The position numbers and the translations under genes were made by a program. From an uncultured Pseudomonadota bacterium (GTDB taxonomy: Bacteria > Pseudomonadota > Alphaproteobacteria > Rs-D84 > CACZYB01), in contig CACZYB010000004.1 of assembly GCA_902785275.1 (NCBI GenBank), forward strand, positions 22,149 through 86,148: DNA of 64,000 nt, in the 5' to 3' direction. Under the pieces are notes generated by a model. It was not told the origin of the DNA, did no database searches, and saw nothing but the letters and a program-made list of their open reading frames with translations. The stretch's first letter is position 1; each line of letters opens with the position of its first letter. Below are positions 60,981 to 64,000 of the stretch, piece after piece.

Positions 60981-61194
60981 TTTGATTCCTTAATTAAGTT
61001 ATAAATACATATTATACAAAAAAAATAATAAGTCAATAGATGTTTTGAGGAAGATAGGGATGGGACTAATATTGAAAAATTACACTTTTTTATTTGCTAA
61101 TATAGAAAATAATGTATAAGACCTTCCTTACCATTTCACATAAAGATATTTACTACCATAAAACCACTTTCAAGGAAAATAAACTTAAAAGAAA

Positions 61195-61222
61195 CAAAAA
61201 ATCCTTCCACTACGGAAGGACT
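61195..61222 (-). terminator. possible terminator downstream of tRNA-Leu(GAG)
   Basis: The minus-strand hairpin TCCTTCCGTAGTGGAAGGA is followed by T-run. Confidence 0.4.
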
Positions 61223-61229
61223 TGAATTT

Positions 61230-61315
61230 TGGTGCGAGCGAGAAGACTTGAACTTCCAAGGGAATCTCCCACAGCGACCTCAACACTGCGCGTCTACCAA
61301 TTTCGCCACGCTCGC
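61230..61315 (-). tRNA. tRNA-Leu (anticodon GAG), with CCA
   Basis: The reverse complement folds as a cloverleaf. The acceptor stem is GCGAGCG/CGCTCGC, the D-loop AAATTGGTAGA and the anticodon loop TTGAGGT. It has a long variable arm, the T-loop TTCAAGT and a 3' ACCA. Confidence 0.8.
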
Positions 61316-61425
61316 AAAGATGAGGTTATTATAGCAAAAAAAATTAAATTTGCAAGCATTTATGCAAAAAGTTTTAAAAAAGTCTTTACAAACGGAAAAA
61401 AAGTGCTAAAATTTTTCTTGTTTGT

Positions 61426-61502
61426 GGCCTCGTAGCTCAGCTGGATAGAGCAACAGCCTTCTAAGCTGTGGGTCAGACGTTCGAATCGTCTCGGGGTCAC
61501 CA
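61426..61502 (+). tRNA. tRNA-Arg (anticodon TCT), with CCA
   Basis: TAGCTCAGCTGGATAGAGCAACAGCCTTCTAAGCTGTGGGTCAGACGTTCGAATCGTCT is near-identical to E. coli tRNA-Arg(UCU) through the D-arm, anticodon arm and T-arm. The anticodon loop is CTTCTAA. Confidence 0.85.
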
Positions 61503-61510
61503 AAAGTTTC

Positions 61511-61538
61511 AAGCCATCTTAAGATGGCTTTTATTTTT
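61511..61538 (+). terminator. rho-independent terminator after tRNA-Arg
   Basis: The perfect palindrome AAGCCATCTTAAGATGGCTT is followed by TTATTTTT. Confidence 0.55.
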
Positions 61539-61745
61539 ACCCTTCAACATAAGGCAGATTCTAGCCTTTCTCGGTTGTAGGTCATTAGAAAAAGATTTCG
61601 AATTTTTTGGATTTTTATGTGTTTTTAGGTTATTTTTTTCCTCTATTTTCTAAAAAAAAGCTGTAGGCTAAAATGTAATTTTTTACTAGAAATTTAGAAC
61701 TCAAAAATGCTAAGTATCGGAATTTACGGACTTTCTAAAATTATA

Positions 61746-61775
61746 GGTCTGTAGGTCACGCGTTCGAACCATTTA
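61746..61775 (+). repeat. degenerate copy of tRNA-Arg 3' half (att-site-like remnant), one of several 'CTGTAGGT' copies
   Basis: CTGTAGGTCACGCGTTCGAACCATTT matches CTGTGGGTCAGACGTTCGAATCGTCT of the tRNA-Arg at 21/26. Shorter copies lie at ~61573, ~61661 and ~61912, with an inverted copy at ~61980. Confidence 0.45.
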
Positions 61776-62060
61776 TGGTATTAAACCTCTATTGAACAAG
61801 TGGTTTTTCTGCAGAAATCAGCCATTTTATAGCTATAAGTATTTAAGATATTTTTTGACCTGTCGGCCATCCTGTCGGCTAGTTTAATATATTGAAAATA
61901 CTAAAAAATAAACTGTAGGTGCAATAGAAAAGTTGTATAAAATTTGTGGGGTAGCGAAAGTATTAAAAAACAAACTTATGACCTACAGTTTTTAAGGTTT
62001 ATTTTCCTTGAAAGAAGTTTATATAATAGTAAAATGAATATAACAATTGGGTTAAATATT

Positions 62061-62483
62061 ATGGCGGATAAAAAGTACATATCTGAAATTAAAGAGTTCA
62101 TGCAGGAATGGGATTATGAAGCTAATAAAGATTTAGATCCAACAAAACTTACTATTGGAAGTAATAAAAAAGCATGGTGGAAATGTCCTAAATGTGGGGG
62201 TAAATGGTGGAAGGCTGGTATTACTGGAGGATTAATTGGACTAACTTCACAATTATTAGAATATTATAAAGTCGCTAATAAAGCAGATGTTTTATCTTTT
62301 GATTTCTTAGGAGATATGGGTTCGTTTACTTCTAAAGAATTAAATAGTATAAATGCAATAACAAATACCTTTAATACTGACATTATAGCAACTTCTTATT
62401 TGGGGTTAGCGATTGAAACTTCTGCTCCAAATATAATAGAAAGTACAATAATATCACCAACTTTAGGAGTCTATAATGAATAA
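62061..62483 (+). CDS. hypothetical protein with N-terminal zinc-ribbon (DUF4379-like 'WDxEKN…GSNKK.WWKC' motif)
   Basis: EWDYEANKDLDPTKLTIGSNKKAWWKCPKCGG matches the 'probable zinc-ribbon' pattern common in mobile-element cargo genes. The start is uncertain; the ORF track starts at 61944. Confidence 0.4.
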   Translation: MADKKYISEIKEFMQEWDYEANKDLDPTKLTIGSNKKAWWKCPKCGGKWWKAGITGGLIGLTSQLLEYYKVANKADVLSFDFLGDMGSFTSKELNSINAITNTFNTDIIATSYLGLAIETSAPNIIESTIISPTLGVYNE

Positions 62484-62841
62484 ATATATTATAATATTAC
62501 TATGTTTATGTAGTTGTGTTTCAGATGTTGATTTTATAAATTATCCATTAAAAAATGTAAAATTAGATAATTTCAATAAAATTGATTTTAAATATAAAAA
62601 AATAAAAAATATTGAATATGAATTTTGTAGGAACTGTTGGATTACAAATACATGTTATGGAAATAATTCTGATAATTTAATAAATCGTTCAGTTAGAAAA
62701 TTTTTATCTAAAAATGAATTGAAACCAAATCAATATCTCATTAATTTTAACTATGAATCTCGTATATATTGGACTTATTTTATGTCTGACCATCATTGTA
62801 CAAAGGTAACAATGGAATTAGTGGAGAAAGTTGATGAATAA
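62476..62841 (+). CDS. small lipoprotein, paralog A
   Basis: It has a lipobox (LLCLCSC) and is 121 aa. It shares the Y(P)LKNV(K/N)L block with the next ORF. Confidence 0.5.
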   Translation: MNKYIIILLCLCSCVSDVDFINYPLKNVKLDNFNKIDFKYKKIKNIEYEFCRNCWITNTCYGNNSDNLINRSVRKFLSKNELKPNQYLINFNYESRIYWTYFMSDHHCTKVTMELVEKVDE

Positions 62842-63187
62842 GATTATTTTATTTCTAATTTTATTTTTATGTCAAGGATGTGCAAATGAATTGACTAATG
62901 TAGGGTACAAAAATGTCAATTTAAACACATCATATATTTCAAAAAAAACACCTATAAAAGTGGAGAAGAATATATATTGTTTTACAGTTTTGTGTAATGA
63001 ATATAATTATGGTATTGTTGAATTTAATAATATAGATGATTTTGTTTATAATGTTTTAAAGGAAAATCAAGATAAAGGTAATGTAATTAGTGATATAGAG
63101 ATAAAAATAGATAAATTTCTTGTTTTGCCTTTACTTTTTAATTGGAAAAAGATAACACTAACAGGAAATATTTTTGAAAAAAAGTAA
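62831..63187 (+). CDS. small lipoprotein, paralog B
   Basis: It has a lipobox (LFLCQGC) and is 118 aa. It overlaps the previous gene by 11 nt. Confidence 0.5.
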   Translation: MMNKIILFLILFLCQGCANELTNVGYKNVNLNTSYISKKTPIKVEKNIYCFTVLCNEYNYGIVEFNNIDDFVYNVLKENQDKGNVISDIEIKIDKFLVLPLLFNWKKITLTGNIFEKK

Positions 63188-63212
63188 GTTTTTAAATATA
63201 TGTATAATTTTA

Positions 63213-64000
63213 TTGCTAGAACTTATTTTATGGCAAACTTATTGTCGTGCTTGTTATATACCAAAAACATCACTTACTTTAAAGGATACAGGTAATGACA
63301 AGGAACAAATCACCCGTGCGACAATAGGTGAAGGTGTAATTGAGGTTGCACAAGGTTCTGATTTAACAGGATTAAATCGTGACACCACAAAAGCCCAAGA
63401 AATTACAAAGGATATGACAACCGGAGCCCTTGATGCTACAGCAGCCATTGATAACCGAGTATTTACAAGCGAAGGTCGTGCGGATATTGCTGAACAACAC
63501 GAAAAACTTGGTGAAAATTTATCTCAAATTGGTAAGCAATTACAGAAATCTTATGAGAAATTAAAACAGCAGCAATTACTTAAATTAACACAAGATGCTG
63601 AATTAGATAATAATATAAAAAGTATAAAACCTAAAAATGTTAATAATAAAGAAGATGCAATAAAGTATATGATTAATTTAAATAAACTTTATGATGAACT
63701 TACTGATGAAGAAAAGTCACATTTAAAATATATTATGTCATATTATAGTTTAACAAGTTCATTTATGAAGTACAAATATAATCAAGTAGATAAAATAGTT
63801 TCAAATTTGAAAAAAGATAAATTATTTCTTAATAGTATAAAGAATTATGAAAAACTAACGTTTGAAGAACAAAAAATATTAACAAAAAATATTGTTAATG
63901 AAATTAATTTAGGATTAGGTTTTAATAATTTAAATATAGAATTTGAAGAAAATGATTCTGCAGGTTCATATAATCCAGTAACTGATACTTTAAAAATAAA
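63213..64000 (+). CDS. partial CDS running off window end; N-terminal conserved-looking segment then Asn/Lys-rich coiled coil; start codon uncertain (TTG 63213 / ATG 63414)
   Basis: The reading frame is open from 63162 to the window end, about 280 codons. The first in-frame ATG is at 63414. Residues …IGEGVIEVAQGSDLTGLNRDTTKAQEITKDMTTGALDATAAIDNRVFTSEGRADIAEQHEKLG… are compositionally distinct from the AT-rich tail. Confidence 0.4.
   Translation, partial: MLELILWQTYCRACYIPKTSLTLKDTGNDKEQITRATIGEGVIEVAQGSDLTGLNRDTTKAQEITKDMTTGALDATAAIDNRVFTSEGRADIAEQHEKLGENLSQIGKQLQKSYEKLKQQQLLKLTQDAELDNNIKSIKPKNVNNKEDAIKYMINLNKLYDELTDEEKSHLKYIMSYYSLTSSFMKYKYNQVDKIVSNLKKDKLFLNSIKNYEKLTFEEQKILTKNIVNEINLGLGFNNLNIEFEENDSAGSYNPVTDTLKI

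Noticed and set aside
61229-61435. 68-aa plus-strand ORF spanning both tRNA genes
   Set aside because: It overlaps tRNA-Leu (antisense) and runs into tRNA-Arg, so it is a translation artefact of structured RNA sequence.
61746-61775. Considered as a third intact tRNA
   Set aside because: Only the T-arm-like segment is present. No acceptor or D-arm or anticodon arm can be folded, so it is interpreted as a partial duplicate (att remnant) of tRNA-Arg.
63254-63448. 64-aa minus-strand ORF
   Set aside because: It is antisense to the long open frame that runs to the window end. That frame has the more gene-like composition.
1-64000. CRISPR arrays, rRNA operons, transposase or integrase genes
   Set aside because: No evenly spaced direct-repeat array was seen, and no ORF carries recognisable transposase or recombinase motifs.

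Overview
This window is AT-rich (estimated by eye at about 30-33% GC), gene-dense, and comes from a diderm, proteobacteria-like bacterium. The diderm call rests on pal/ybgF, lnt, bamE-like, mlaD and an RND pump. The proteobacterial call rests on a DksA and an Hda that are closely proteobacterial in sequence, and on a SufT-like DUF59 protein. Most of the window is conserved housekeeping genes: folD, a class A PBP, thrS, pal, ybgF, lnt, ybeY, mlaD, an alpha2-type glyQS, spoT/rel, recN, pepA, dksA, trxA, sufS, pgm, ffh, prmC, trxB, hda, tsaC, pgsA, uvrC, valS, leuS, acrA/B-like RND genes and metK. Three tRNA genes are present: tRNA-Leu(TAA) at 33180-33270; a divergent pair tRNA-Leu(GAG) at 61230-61315 (minus) and tRNA-Arg(TCT) at 61426-61502 (plus). 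No CRISPR array, rRNA, transposase or integrase gene was seen.

The non-routine content is as follows.
- GrpE fusion (2135-2920): grpE carries a roughly 110-aa N-terminal Cys/His-rich metallothionein-like extension.
- MotA-like/MotB-like operon (9968-12598): the two genes are separated by a small unknown ORF and have no flagellar context in view. It lies convergent to an orphan pal-ybgF pair.
- Membrane-anchored repeat protein (25287-28058): 923 aa with an N-terminal membrane anchor and a Ser/Thr/Asn-rich coiled-coil repeat region.
- Cysteine-rich secreted protein (47798-50137): 779 aa.
- Orphan type IV pilin-like gene (43337-43834).
- tRNA-Arg integration hot-spot (61500-64000): several degenerate copies of the tRNA-Arg 3' half, followed by island-like cargo. 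The cargo is a zinc-ribbon protein, two paralogous small lipoproteins, and a start-less open frame that runs off the window end and looks like a toxin pre-domain.

All calls come from reading the translated ORFs and the DNA by eye. No database search was run.
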